Of a stretch of 64,000 nt of DNA, positions 50,374 to 60,240 are shown one piece after another (the stretch's first letter is position 1; each line of letters begins with the position of its first letter). The position numbers and the translations under genes are program-made. Below the pieces are notes generated by a model that was given only the letters and a program-made list of their open reading frames with translations, was not told the origin of the DNA and made no database searches. Location of the stretch: contig CANJUF010000006.1 in assembly GCA_947477745.1 (NCBI GenBank), positions 29,424 to 93,423 of the forward strand, written 5' to 3'. This DNA is from Sphingomonadaceae bacterium (GTDB lineage: Bacteria; Pseudomonadota; Alphaproteobacteria; Sphingomonadales; Sphingomonadaceae).

Positions 50374-51072
50374 TCAGGCTGCATAGTCGGTCTCGTCGAA
50401 AAGGCCAGCTTGTGCAAAACCCGCCTTGCGCAGGCGGCAGCTGTCGCAAAGCCCACATGCCTGCCCTGATGGGGCAGGGTCATAGCATGACCAGCTCAGC
50501 TCAGTCCGCAAGGCCAGCCGGGCGGCTTCGCGCGCAATTTCGCTCTTCGTCATGTGCTGCAAGGGCGCGTGAATGCTGAAGCCTTCGCCTTCGGAGCCGG
50601 ACTTGGTGGCAAGGTCTGCCAGGCTGGCAAAACCAGCAATGAATTCGGGTCGGCAGTCGGGATAGCCTGAATAGTCGAGCGCATTGACGCCGATGAAGAT
50701 ATCCCGCGCCTTGAGAGCCTCGGCCCAGGCCAGCGTGAGTGAGAGGAAAACTAGGTTTCGCGCCGGGACGTAGGTAACCGGGATGCCTGGCTGCAAGCCG
50801 GCTTTTGGCACCTCGATCTCGTCCGTCAGTGCCGAGCCGCCAAATTGCCGCAGGTCCAGGGGCAGGACGACATGCCGCGCCGCGCCCAGCATATCCGAGA
50901 TTGCCCGGGCGGATTCGATCTCGCGGCGATGTCTCTGGTTATAGTCGATGGTCAGCGCGTTGAGGCGATAGCCGGCTTCTCGCGCCAATCCTGCGGCAAC
51001 CATCGAATCGAGGCCGCCGGAAAGCAGCACGACGGCGTCACGACCGGCTCCCGGCTCTTGCAACTTTGGCAT
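50374..51072 (-). CDS. queC: 7-cyano-7-deazaguanine synthase
   Basis: LLSGGLDS, DYNQRH, TYVPARN, DYSGYPDCRPEF, SWSCY, CGLCDSCRLR. Confidence 0.96.
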   Translation of the reverse strand: MPKLQEPGAGRDAVVLLSGGLDSMVAAGLAREAGYRLNALTIDYNQRHRREIESARAISDMLGAARHVVLPLDLRQFGGSALTDEIEVPKAGLQPGIPVTYVPARNLVFLSLTLAWAEALKARDIFIGVNALDYSGYPDCRPEFIAGFASLADLATKSGSEGEGFSIHAPLQHMTKSEIAREAARLALRTELSWSCYDPAPSGQACGLCDSCRLRKAGFAQAGLFDETDYAA

Positions 51073-51113
51073 GGCAGGCGGTTATCCGGCTTGAACCGCC
51101 AAAGCAATCGGCA

Positions 51114-51518
51114 TCAGCGCTGGCAGGCGCCCGTCCAGCGAGCCTCAGCCGCAAACGCAAACGGCAAACCGCCGTCGATGCCCTGGGTATCGATCTGGAC
51201 CAGCCGATCGGACTCGCGGCGGATGTGCGTCCTGCCGTATCCGCTGCCGGGGCAGGAATACTGGACGGTTACCTCGTGCGGCGTATCATCGACAACGATG
51301 CTGCGGCATTTGAGGTGCGAATGGCGCAACTGGATAAGCTCCCTGCCGCTGGCAAGACAGACCTTGCCGATCTCGGGATCATCGTCCCGATAGGTCAAAG
51401 ACCAGTTGCCGCGCTCGAGGCGGTCCAGCAGCGCGAGCTGCGCTTCCTGCGCCCATGCCGCGCCGGCCAGCGCAGCTGATGCTGCGAACGGAATTACAAT
51501 CCAGGCGATTTTTCGCAT
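51114..51518 (-). CDS. DUF3617-like secreted protein
   Basis: Signal peptide; LERGNW, C..SGRELIQLRH...C, YSCPGSGYGRT, GAC. Confidence 0.7.
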   Translation of the reverse strand: MRKIAWIVIPFAASAALAGAAWAQEAQLALLDRLERGNWSLTYRDDDPEIGKVCLASGRELIQLRHSHLKCRSIVVDDTPHEVTVQYSCPGSGYGRTHIRRESDRLVQIDTQGIDGGLPFAFAAEARWTGACQR

Positions 51519-51623
51519 TGTGGGATGGTTCCTGACCCGCCGAAACGCCGGGGCTTCACGATCTTCGCAAAACACACGCTCACGGCAAAGCATAATCACG
51601 CACGCTTTTTAGCCGACCAGCCC

Positions 51624-51638
51624 TTAACCAGAGCTTAC
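51624..51638. promoter_or_regulatory. Putative CtrA box
   Basis: TTAA-CCAGAGC-TTAC, one mismatch from TTAA-N7-TTAA, upstream of the DUF3617-like gene. Confidence 0.4.
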
Positions 51639-52546
51639 ACGTCGATTTCCAGCACTTTTGAGCAGAACGCGCATTCTACCGGAATAGTGCCGGAAGGATC
51701 GCGCATCTCATCGAGGTCCTCGACCGGGAACCGCGCAAGGACCCCGCGGTAATGCGCCACGGTGCAGCGGCACCCGCGCTTTAGTGGTACCTGCCGCTCG
51801 ACCCTAACCTCTTGCTCCTCGTGAAACAGGCGCCAGATGATCTGTTCGAGCGACAGCTCCGGGTCGACCAGCTCGTCATAGCGGATCGATCCGGCCAGCA
51901 CGGCGACGTGTTCCCATTCGGGGTTGTCGTCCCGGACGTGCAGCCGCTCGCGGCCTTCCTCGCCGTCCGGGAAGTGCTGCACCAGCAGCCCCGCCGCGAT
52001 CGTGCCCTTCCCCGAATTCCTCATCCCGACCCGGATCAGAGTCGGGATCTGCTCCGATCGTTCGAAATAGGACTCGCATGCCCACGCCAGCGATTCGCCT
52101 TCGAGCGGCACGATCCCCTGATAGCGCTCGCCGCTGGTCGCAAGATCGAAGGTGATCGCGAGATAACCGGTGCCGAATAGCGCCTCCAGGCCCGGATTGG
52201 CACCGAGCTTTTCCAACCTCTCCGCATCGTGGCGGACGTAGCCGCGCAGCTCGCCGTCGCGGTGGTCGCAAACCAGCAGGTCGACGACCGCACCTTCGGC
52301 CTGAGCCTGAAACGTAAGCTGGCTCGCCGGGTCCTTGAGCAGAGAGCCCATCAAGGCCGTCAGTACCAGCGCCTCGCCAAGCAGCAGCCGGATCGGCGCC
52401 GGATAGTCATGCGCCGAAAGCACGGTGTCGAGCACCGGCCCCAGCCTGACGATCCTGCCACGCGCATCGCGGTCCGGGATCGACAGGGTCAGGACGCGGT
52501 CGAACCCGGTTTCCCCGCTCTCGATCAGATAGTCCTCCAGGCTCAC
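51635..52546 (-). CDS. hslO: Hsp33 redox chaperone
   Basis: RGRIVRL, YQGIV.LEG, SEQIPT, CRC...CAFC. GTG start overlaps the argF stop. Confidence 0.93.
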   Translation of the reverse strand: MSLEDYLIESGETGFDRVLTLSIPDRDARGRIVRLGPVLDTVLSAHDYPAPIRLLLGEALVLTALMGSLLKDPASQLTFQAQAEGAVVDLLVCDHRDGELRGYVRHDAERLEKLGANPGLEALFGTGYLAITFDLATSGERYQGIVPLEGESLAWACESYFERSEQIPTLIRVGMRNSGKGTIAAGLLVQHFPDGEEGRERLHVRDDNPEWEHVAVLAGSIRYDELVDPELSLEQIIWRLFHEEQEVRVERQVPLKRGCRCTVAHYRGVLARFPVEDLDEMRDPSGTIPVECAFCSKVLEIDV

Positions 52547-53469
52547 AGCAGACCGAACGCCCACAGCAGGATCGATTTCTGCGCGTGGATGCGGTTCTCG
52601 GCCTCGTCGAACACCGCTGATTGCGCGCTTTCGAACACCTCTTGCGTCACTTCCTCGCCGATATGCGCTGGCAGGCAGTGAAGGAAGACCGCATCGGGCT
52701 TGGCCAGACGCATCAGCGCGGCATTGACTTGATAGGGCGCCATCGCCGCCAGCTTCTCGGCAGCATGGGCCTGGCCCATCGAGACCCATGTGTCGGTAAC
52801 CACCACATCGGCGCCGGAGGCCGCCTCGGCCGCATCGCGGGTCAGCGTTACCCGCGCCCCGCCAGCCTGCGCCTCACTAACGAACGAAGCATCGGGGTCG
52901 TAGCCCGCGGGCGTTGCAACCCTGACGTTGAACTTCATCAGCCCTGCGGCTTCGAGGATCGAGTGCAGCACGTTATTGCCATCGCCCAGCCAGGCCACTT
53001 CCAGCCCGGGGAGTGCCTTGCGCCGCTCGACCACGGTTAGCAGGTCGGCAACGATCTGGCAGGGATGCGACCGGTCGGTCAGCCCGTTGATCACCGGAAC
53101 CGTCGCGTGGCGCGCCATTTCCTCGGCCTTGGCGTGATCGTCGGTGCGGATCATGATGGCATCGACCATCCGGCTCAGCACCCGCGCGGTGTCGGCTATG
53201 GTTTCACCGCGTCCAAGCTGCGTGCTTGCCGCGTCCATCACCAGCGATGTGCCGCCAAGCTGGCGCATTGCCATGTCGAAGCTGACGCGCGTGCGGGTCG
53301 AGTTCTTCTCGAAGATCATCGCCAGCACCCGGCCCTCCAGCGGGCGGTCCGCGTCGGATGCGCCCTTGGGAAGCTGCGCACGGGCGGCCTTGCGATCGAT
53401 CGCATCGTTGATCATCGCCGCAATCGCGTCGCCGCCTGCATCGCACAGGTCGAGCAGGTGCCTGGTCAT
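52543..53469 (-). CDS. argF: Ornithine carbamoyltransferase
   Basis: [39 protein letters not shown]. Confidence 0.97.
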   Translation of the reverse strand: MTRHLLDLCDAGGDAIAAMINDAIDRKAARAQLPKGASDADRPLEGRVLAMIFEKNSTRTRVSFDMAMRQLGGTSLVMDAASTQLGRGETIADTARVLSRMVDAIMIRTDDHAKAEEMARHATVPVINGLTDRSHPCQIVADLLTVVERRKALPGLEVAWLGDGNNVLHSILEAAGLMKFNVRVATPAGYDPDASFVSEAQAGGARVTLTRDAAEAASGADVVVTDTWVSMGQAHAAEKLAAMAPYQVNAALMRLAKPDAVFLHCLPAHIGEEVTQEVFESAQSAVFDEAENRIHAQKSILLWAFGLL

Positions 53470-54659
53470 TTTGCCACCTCTGCCGGCTGGTAGCTTGCAG
53501 CAGCGGCCGAGAGCTTGTCCATGAACTCATCGATGTGACCATCGTCGATGACCAGCGGCGGGACGATACGCAGTATGTTGTCGCTTCCCGAAACGGTCAG
53601 CGCATGGTGCGCATCGCGCAGATGCGCGACGAAATCGCGCGGCTCCGATTTCAGCTTGAGCCCGATCATCAAGCCGATGCCCCGAACTTCCTCGAACAGA
53701 TCGGGATAATTGCCGATAAACTGCTCGAGCTTGCCGCGCAGCCGGTCGCCTTTGGCGCGCACATTGGCGAGAAACGCCTCGTCCGCCACCACGTCGAGCA
53801 CGGCCTCTGACGCTGCCACGCCAAGCGGATTGCCGCCATAAGTCGAGCCGTGCGTGCCGATAGTCATGCCGCGCGCCGCCTTTTCGCTGGCAAGGCAGGC
53901 GCCGATCGGGAATCCTCCCCCCAGGCCCTTTGCCGATGCGAGTACATCGGGCGCGATGCCGTAATGCTCGTAAGCGTAGAAGCTGCCGATCCGGCCCACA
54001 CCGCACTGGACCTCGTCGAACGCGAGCAGGATATCATGCTCGTCGCACAGGGAGCGCAGGCCCTCGATGAAGCCTTGCGAGGCCATGCGCACCCCGCCTT
54101 CGCCTTGGATCGGTTCGACGAGGAATCCTGCGGTCTGCGGCCCGATTGCTGCCTTCGCCTCGTCGAGATCATCGAACTCTACATAACGGAAACCCGGCAG
54201 CAGCGGGTGAAAGCCAGAATGGAGCTTCTCCTGGTTCGAGGCGCTGATCGTGCCCATCGTCCGCCCGTGGAAAGCATTGCGGAAGGTGATGATCTCGAAC
54301 CGGTTCGCATCGCCGCCGTGCTGGTGATAAGCGCGCATCGTCTTGATCGTGCATTCGACCGCCTCCGCGCCCGAATTGGTGAAGAACACCGTGTCGGCGA
54401 AGGTGAGGTCGACGAGGCGCTGCGCGAGATGCTCGCCTTGCGGGCTGCCATAGAGGTTCGAGACGTGCATCAGCGTCTCCGCCTGGCGCGCGATCGCGCC
54501 GGTCAGTCCGGCATGCGAGTGCCCGAGCGCATTGACCGCGATTCCCGCCGCAAAGTCGAGGTAGCGCTGGCCGTCCTCGCCGATGAGGTGGCAATGATCG
54601 CCGCGAACGGGCCGGAAATCGCACCGGCCATAAACGGGCATGAGCGGGGTGATCGACAT
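53466..54659 (-). CDS. argD: Acetylornithine aminotransferase
   Basis: [40 protein letters not shown]. Confidence 0.95.
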   Translation of the reverse strand: MSITPLMPVYGRCDFRPVRGDHCHLIGEDGQRYLDFAAGIAVNALGHSHAGLTGAIARQAETLMHVSNLYGSPQGEHLAQRLVDLTFADTVFFTNSGAEAVECTIKTMRAYHQHGGDANRFEIITFRNAFHGRTMGTISASNQEKLHSGFHPLLPGFRYVEFDDLDEAKAAIGPQTAGFLVEPIQGEGGVRMASQGFIEGLRSLCDEHDILLAFDEVQCGVGRIGSFYAYEHYGIAPDVLASAKGLGGGFPIGACLASEKAARGMTIGTHGSTYGGNPLGVAASEAVLDVVADEAFLANVRAKGDRLRGKLEQFIGNYPDLFEEVRGIGLMIGLKLKSEPRDFVAHLRDAHHALTVSGSDNILRIVPPLVIDDGHIDEFMDKLSAAAASYQPAEVAK

Positions 54660-54722
54660 GGTTTGGGTCCTCGATTCAGATCGGTAATGTGGAAAGCAAT
54701 GCGGACTGGCATTGCGAAAACG

Positions 54723-54762
54723 AAAAATGGCGGCTGCCAAGCCCAATGCCCGGTGCCGCCAT
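54723..54762 (-). terminator. Possible terminator downstream of the cold-shock gene
   Basis: Minus strand ATGGCGGC-N20-GCCGCCAT followed by TTTT. Confidence 0.4.
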
Positions 54763-54826
54763 CTTGCGCGTTAGATTGTGACGCGCTCCGGTTTCAGCAC
54801 CTGGAGCAGCGTCGGCTTATCTGCTC

Positions 54827-55537
54827 CTATTGCGGGACGAGATTGACCGCCGAATACTTGCCGCGTCGGTCCACCTCGATGTCGAACTCGACTCGGTCAC
54901 CCTCGTTGAGCCCGGACAGGCCGGATCGCTCGACAGCGCTGATATGGACGAAAGCGTCTGGCTGGCCGTCATCGCGGGTGATGAAGCCAAAACCCTTCAT
55001 GGCGTTGAAGAACTTGACCGTGCCGGTGGCCTTCTCGCCGGTCAGCTGACGCTGCGGCGGAGCCTCGCGCTTTTCAACCGCGATGGCTTCGCCAACGATC
55101 TGGAGGTCGCTGGCGGAAATCTTACCGCCGCGATCGACGAGCTGGAATTCCAACTCCTGTCCTTCGGCGAGCCCTTCGAGCCCGGCGCGCTCAACCGCGC
55201 TGATGTGCACGAACACATCCTCGCCGCCATCATCGCGCTGGATGAAGCCGAAGCCCTTGCCCGAATTGAAGAATTTTACGACGCCCTTGCCTTGGCCAAC
55301 GACCTGCGCGGGCATTCCGCCTCTCGCGCCGCCGCCGCCGCCAAATCCGCCGCCGGAACTACCGCCACCGCCGAATCCGCCGCCGCCGCTGCGCGGGCCG
55401 CCCCTGTCGCCGCCGCCGAACCGATCATCGCTTCCTGCGCTGCCCTGCTGACCGCCGAAGAATGGATCGAAATCGTCTTCGCCAAACCGATCACGCTTGT
55501 CGCGTCCCCTACCGCGACGCCCTCTTTCAAAACTCAT
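54827..55537 (-). CDS. Cold-shock protein with two CSD domains and a Gly/Arg-rich N-terminus
   Basis: GVVKFFNSGKGFGFI..DVFVHISA and GTVKFFNAMKGFGFI..DAFVHISA. Confidence 0.95.
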   Translation of the reverse strand: MSFERGRRGRGRDKRDRFGEDDFDPFFGGQQGSAGSDDRFGGGDRGGPRSGGGGFGGGGSSGGGFGGGGGARGGMPAQVVGQGKGVVKFFNSGKGFGFIQRDDGGEDVFVHISAVERAGLEGLAEGQELEFQLVDRGGKISASDLQIVGEAIAVEKREAPPQRQLTGEKATGTVKFFNAMKGFGFITRDDGQPDAFVHISAVERSGLSGLNEGDRVEFDIEVDRRGKYSAVNLVPQ

Positions 55538-55823
55538 CTCTGCAAACAAACCTTCGAATCGCCCCACGAAACTGGGCCGGGAAACGTGGACGAACCGCAC
55601 CCAGCCACGGGATGGAGCCGCAACAAGCAGTCGAAGCGCATCCTGACAGCCCCGCATCTACACGATTTTCCACAGGATTGCGAACACATTCGCGAATCGG
55701 CCTCCGGACGCGCCGGTTGCGCAATTTGCTTCAGTGCGCGCTAACGGGCCGCGCCTCTTGACGCGGGGCCGTATTGGCGCTTGGTGCGATCACTCAGGCA
55801 CCCGCAGCGCACAGGCCAAAGCC

Positions 55824-56261
55824 ATGTTCCGAAAAGTCACCGACAGGTTCTACGCCAGCCCCCAGATCGAAGTGAGCGACATCGCCGAAGCCGCGCAGCT
55901 TGGCGTCAGGCTGGTGATCAACAACCGGCCCGAGGGCGAAAGCGAAGACCAGACCCCCGGCCCGGTGATCGAGCAGGCAGCGCGTGCGGCGGGCATGGAC
56001 TATGTCGCGATCCCCGTCACTCATGCGGGCTTCAGCGAAACGCAGGTCAGCGCTATGGCCGCGGCGCTCGCGCAGACGCAGGAGCCGGTTCTGGCCTATT
56101 GCCGCTCGGGCACCCGCTCGACCCTGCTTTGGTCGCTGGCCGAGGCAAGCCGCGGCAGGAACCCGCAGAAACTTACGGCGCTTGCCGCCAATGCGGGTTA
56201 CGATCTTTCGCCGGTCCGCGCGATGATCGACATGCTCGCCGCCAACGCGCCCGACGACTGA
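55824..56261 (+). CDS. TIGR01244 family sulfurtransferase/phosphatase-like protein
   Basis: ASPQI, INNRPEGE, LAYCRSGTRS. Confidence 0.9.
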   Translation: MFRKVTDRFYASPQIEVSDIAEAAQLGVRLVINNRPEGESEDQTPGPVIEQAARAAGMDYVAIPVTHAGFSETQVSAMAAALAQTQEPVLAYCRSGTRSTLLWSLAEASRGRNPQKLTALAANAGYDLSPVRAMIDMLAANAPDD

Positions 56262-56271
56262 GCGAAATCAG

Positions 56272-56610
56272 CTACAGCGCCTGATCGTTGGTTTCGGCAG
56301 TGCGTATCCGCATGGCCGATTGCAGATCGAAAACGAAGATCTTGCCGTCACCGATAGCCTCGGTGCTGGCGGCCTGCTGGATAGTCTCGACGATCTTGGC
56401 CGCCATCGCGTCGGTGGTCGCGATCTCGATCTTGACCTTCGGCAGCATGTTGGTGGTGTATTCCGCGCCGCGATAGATCTCGGTCTGGCCCTTTTGCCGC
56501 CCGAAACCCTTGACCTCCGAAATCGTCATTCCGGCCACGCCAGCCGCGCTGAGTGCATCGCGCACCTGCTCGAGCTTGAACGGCTTGATGATCGAAATGA
56601 TGTATTTCAT
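56272..56610 (-). CDS. P-II nitrogen regulatory protein, second GlnK-type copy
   Basis: [32 protein letters not shown]. Confidence 0.95.
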   Translation of the reverse strand: MKYIISIIKPFKLEQVRDALSAAGVAGMTISEVKGFGRQKGQTEIYRGAEYTTNMLPKVKIEIATTDAMAAKIVETIQQAASTEAIGDGKIFVFDLQSAMRIRTAETNDQAL

Positions 56611-56691
56611 TGCGCTCCATCCCCCTGGCCGGTTGTCCCGCGGTTCGCCGGATCACCGTGCCGCCCCGGTGCTAGCAAAATGACGCACACG

Positions 56692-56724
56692 AAAAAAGGG
56701 GCCGAAGCATTTCTGCCTCGGCCC
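56692..56724 (-). terminator. Rho-independent terminator of the glnK-amtB transcript
   Basis: GGGCCGAGGCA-GAAA-TGCTTCGGCCC followed by CTTTTTT. Confidence 0.85.
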
Positions 56725-56810
56725 GTTGAGTCGTGTGTTCGCAGGAGGAACATCGGATGGCGGGGTGGGGTGGGAGGAGAGGAGGAAACCCCGCCCCCGC
56801 CAAACTCGTT
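56692..56810 (-). ncRNA. Candidate anti-SD (CCUCC-loop) small RNA, amtB 3'-derived
   Basis: Hairpin with loop UUCCUCCUCUCCUCCC (56759-56801), hairpin with loop CUCCUGC (56736-56752), then the terminator. Confidence 0.45.
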
Positions 56811-56837
56811 AAGTCATTTTCTGGTCGCGTCGCGGAT

Positions 56838-56871
56838 AGCGAAAACCGGTTCCCACTTTTCGCGCGAAGCT
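56838..56871. repeat. Single-arm copy of the RIME/CIR-like repeat
   Basis: GCGAAAACCGGTTCCCACTTTTCGC matches arm 2 of 35487-35591; lies immediately after the amtB stop. Confidence 0.7.
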
Positions 56872-56874
56872 CCC

Positions 56875-58404
56875 TTAGGAGTTGTATGCCCTTTCGCCGT
56901 GGCTGGTGAGATCGAGGCCCTGCTGCTCGTCTTCGGCCGAGGGGCGCAGGCCCATCGTCTTGTCGATGATGAAGAACAGGACCGCAGAGCCGATACCCGA
57001 CCACAGCAGCGTGACGACCACGGCCTTGATCTGAGTGATCACCTGGCCGCTGATGCTGTAGGCATCTGCGTCGAAACCTGCCGGGAAGACGGTGTAGTCG
57101 AAGTATCCCTGACCGCCGAGCGAAGGCGCCGCGACGATGCCGGTGGCGATTGCACCGACGATGCCGCCGATGCAGTGGACGCCGAACACGTCGAGGCTGT
57201 CGTCATAGCCGAGCTTCGGCTTGATCGTGGCCACGAACAGGTAGCACAGCGGCGATACGACAAAGCCGAGGGCGATCGCGGTCATCGGCGCGGCAAAGCC
57301 CGAAGCCGGGGTCACCGCGACCAGTCCCGCAACCGCACCGGTTACGGCGCCAAGCAGCGAAGGCTTGCCGTGGTGGATCTGTTCGACCAGAGCCCACGAC
57401 ACCGCAGCGGCACAGGTGCAGACCATCGTGTTGATGAAGGCAACCGCGGTCACGCCGTTGGCTTCAAGGTTGGAACCGGCATTGAAGCCGAACCAGCCAA
57501 CCCACAGCAGGCTCGCGCCGATCATCGTCATCACCAGCGAGTGCGGCGGCATCGGTTCCTTGGGATACCCGTTACGCTTGCCGATCATCAGGCAGCCGAC
57601 CAGGCCAGCGATACCTGCGTTGATGTGAACAACGGTGCCGCCGGCAAAGTCCAGCGCGCCCCATGCCCACATCATGCCGGCGTCAGTCGGCGCATCGGGA
57701 AGGAAGTCCGGACCTGCCCAGTACCACACCATGTGCGCGATCGGGTAATAGACCACGAACGACCACAGCACGACGAAGATCAGCAGCGAGGAGAACTTGA
57801 TGCGTTCGGCGAATGCGCCGACGATCAGCGCCGGAGTGATCATCGCGAAGGTCATCTGGAACACCACGAAGCTGAGCTCGGGCAAATAGACGTTGTTGCT
57901 GAAGGTCGCGGCAAGGGTGGTGTTGTCCACGCCCGCCAGCAGCGCCTTGGAAAGGCCGCCGATGAAGTGGTTGTCGCCGCCGCTGGTGAAGGCCAGCGAA
58001 TAACCGGCGACGCACCACAGCAGGCCCGTCACCGAAACGATCATGAACACCTGCATGAGCAGGCTGAGCATGTTCTTGGCGCGCACAAGGCCGCCGTAGA
58101 ACAGAGCCAGCGCCGGGATCGACATCATCAGCACCAGCGCGGAGCAGACCAGCATCCAGGCGGTGTCGCCCTTGTCGACCATGCCGGCCATCTGCTCGAG
58201 AGTAGGCGCCTTGATCATCGTCGTCGCTGCTTCAACAGCAGCAGCGGTGGCCTCGGGTGCGGGTGCGGGGGCGGTCGGTGCGGCCGCAGCAGTGGCTGCC
58301 GCTGCTCCGGTGGCGACTACAGCCGCCTTTTGTGCGAAGGCGGCTGTCGCGGCGAAGAGCGTAGTGCCCAGTGCGCCGGCGCCGCAGATCATCTTTCGGA
58401 TCAT
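56875..58404 (-). CDS. amtB: Ammonium transporter
   Basis: GDTAWMLVCSALVLMM.IPALALFYGG, FQMTFA, ALDFAGGTVVH, WVGWFGFNAGS, DVFGVH. Confidence 0.97.
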   Translation of the reverse strand: MIRKMICGAGALGTTLFAATAAFAQKAAVVATGAAAATAAAAPTAPAPAPEATAAAVEAATTMIKAPTLEQMAGMVDKGDTAWMLVCSALVLMMSIPALALFYGGLVRAKNMLSLLMQVFMIVSVTGLLWCVAGYSLAFTSGGDNHFIGGLSKALLAGVDNTTLAATFSNNVYLPELSFVVFQMTFAMITPALIVGAFAERIKFSSLLIFVVLWSFVVYYPIAHMVWYWAGPDFLPDAPTDAGMMWAWGALDFAGGTVVHINAGIAGLVGCLMIGKRNGYPKEPMPPHSLVMTMIGASLLWVGWFGFNAGSNLEANGVTAVAFINTMVCTCAAAVSWALVEQIHHGKPSLLGAVTGAVAGLVAVTPASGFAAPMTAIALGFVVSPLCYLFVATIKPKLGYDDSLDVFGVHCIGGIVGAIATGIVAAPSLGGQGYFDYTVFPAGFDADAYSISGQVITQIKAVVVTLLWSGIGSAVLFFIIDKTMGLRPSAEDEQQGLDLTSHGERAYNS

Positions 58405-58433
58405 TGGTTCATATCTCCTGTCAAGCGCGCCGG

Positions 58434-58814
<381 letters not shown>

Positions 58815-58819
58815 TTATA

Positions 58820-58835
58820 AGCAAGGGGTGTGCCA
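58820..58835 (-). promoter_or_regulatory. Sigma54 (-24/-12) promoter of glnK-amtB
   Basis: Minus strand TGGCAC-ACCCC-TTGCT matches the consensus TGGCAC-N5-TTGCW exactly. Confidence 0.85.
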
Positions 58836-58917
58836 GTTTTACTTTTTGGTAAGATTTCCGGGATGGGCCGACGGGAGACGCACGCCAGACGGAGATATGC
58901 CGCCCGGATTCCGGGCA

Positions 58918-59628
58918 CTATGCCTGTTTTTTGTGCAGCTCGAGCAGCGCCCATACCGGCAAATGGTCCGAGCCGCGCGCAGACAGCGCGCTGCGGTGAA
59001 CCCCGCTCGCCTCGATGGTCCACTGGCGCGAGGCGATCACCCGGTCGAGCCGCGCCACCGGCCGGCGGGCATGATAGCTCGGCCCCGGGGAGAGCACCTG
59101 CCAGGAATCGCCAAATTCGCGGAAACAACCGCCGCGCTGCGCCCATTCGTTGAAATCGCCCATCAGTACGGTGGGCAATTCGCTATCGAGATTGCCGATA
59201 TGCGCGAGGACCGTGCGCACTTGCAGCCGGCGGCGCAGCCCCTACAAGTCGAGGTGCATTCCCACCACCCGCACGGCGCGGCCCTCGATCAGCAGATCGG
59301 CGCGGATCGCTCCGCGCGGCTCTAGCACCGGCAACGGCACCGGCGCGGCCGAGACAATCTCGATGCCGCGCTTCACCAGCAAGGCATTGCCGTGCCAGCC
59401 GATGGAATCGGGCCGCATCGAAAGCGGCACCGGGCGGTAATGCGTATGATCGAGGATCATGGCCATCGGCAGCGCGCTTGCCCGCCGTCCGATCCGCCGG
59501 TCCGCTTCCTGCAGCGCGACGACATCGGCATCGATCTCGCGCAGCACAGAGAGGATGCGTTCGGGATCGCGCCGCCGGTCGAGCCCCACAGCCTTGCGGA
59601 TGTTGTAGCTGGCGAAAGTGAGCTTCAT
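58918..59628 (-). pseudogene. Endonuclease/exonuclease/phosphatase family protein with internal TAG
   Basis: SYNIRK, ALQEAD, GNALL, HLDL*GLRRRLQV (TAG at 59242-59244, in frame), MGDFNEW, LDRV, SDHLP. Confidence 0.85.
58921..58937. promoter_or_regulatory. Possible NtrC enhancer site
   Basis: TGCCTGTTTTTTGTGCA, partial match to TGCACCA-N3-TGGTGCA, about 90 bp upstream of the sigma54 site. Confidence 0.3.
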
Positions 59629-60188
59629 TGCTCCCCTGGAATGAAGCGGTCGGTCGGCCTTGTCGGGATGCCGTCGATGCTCTTGGTGCGGCTCTGGGCG
59701 AGCTTGACCCAGGCCTCCGGGTCCTTCTGGACATGCCATTTGACCATCGTATCGCGCTCTTTCTCGAGGCTCATCACCGGCACGCCCCAGCCGCAACTGG
59801 TTTGGACGCTGTCGACGGCGATATCGAAGATCTGGCGGGTTCCGGGCAGCAAGGTGAAATGCCGGGCAAGCTCGTCCCAGCCGGGATCGGCAGGCAGCAC
59901 GGGCTGGCCCCGGCCATAGATGCGCAGGATCAGCGCGGGCTGCTGGAAATTGCACATCATCACGGTAATGCGCCCGTCGACCGAAAGATGCGCGTGAGTC
60001 TCGTTGCCAGATCCGCCAAGATCGAGGTAGGCGATCCGCTTCGGCGAGAGCACCGCGAAGGTGTCCGCCAGCCCCTTGGGGCTGAGATTGATGCGCGCAT
60101 CGGCGGCAGCGGTGGCGACGAAGAACACGCTCTGGCGCTCGATCATCGCCATATGGTCGGCGGTGAGGTGGTCAGTAAAGTCGGACAT
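59625..60188 (-). CDS. Pyridoxamine 5'-phosphate oxidase family protein
   Basis: FFVATA, NLSPKG, YLDLGGSGNET, QTSCGWGVP. Confidence 0.9.
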   Translation of the reverse strand: MSDFTDHLTADHMAMIERQSVFFVATAAADARINLSPKGLADTFAVLSPKRIAYLDLGGSGNETHAHLSVDGRITVMMCNFQQPALILRIYGRGQPVLPADPGWDELARHFTLLPGTRQIFDIAVDSVQTSCGWGVPVMSLEKERDTMVKWHVQKDPEAWVKLAQSRTKSIDGIPTRPTDRFIPGEQ

Positions 60189-60240
60189 GGGGCGATGCTA
60201 GCCGGTTTGGCCCTGGCTCGCCAGCCTCACCGTAAGGCGC

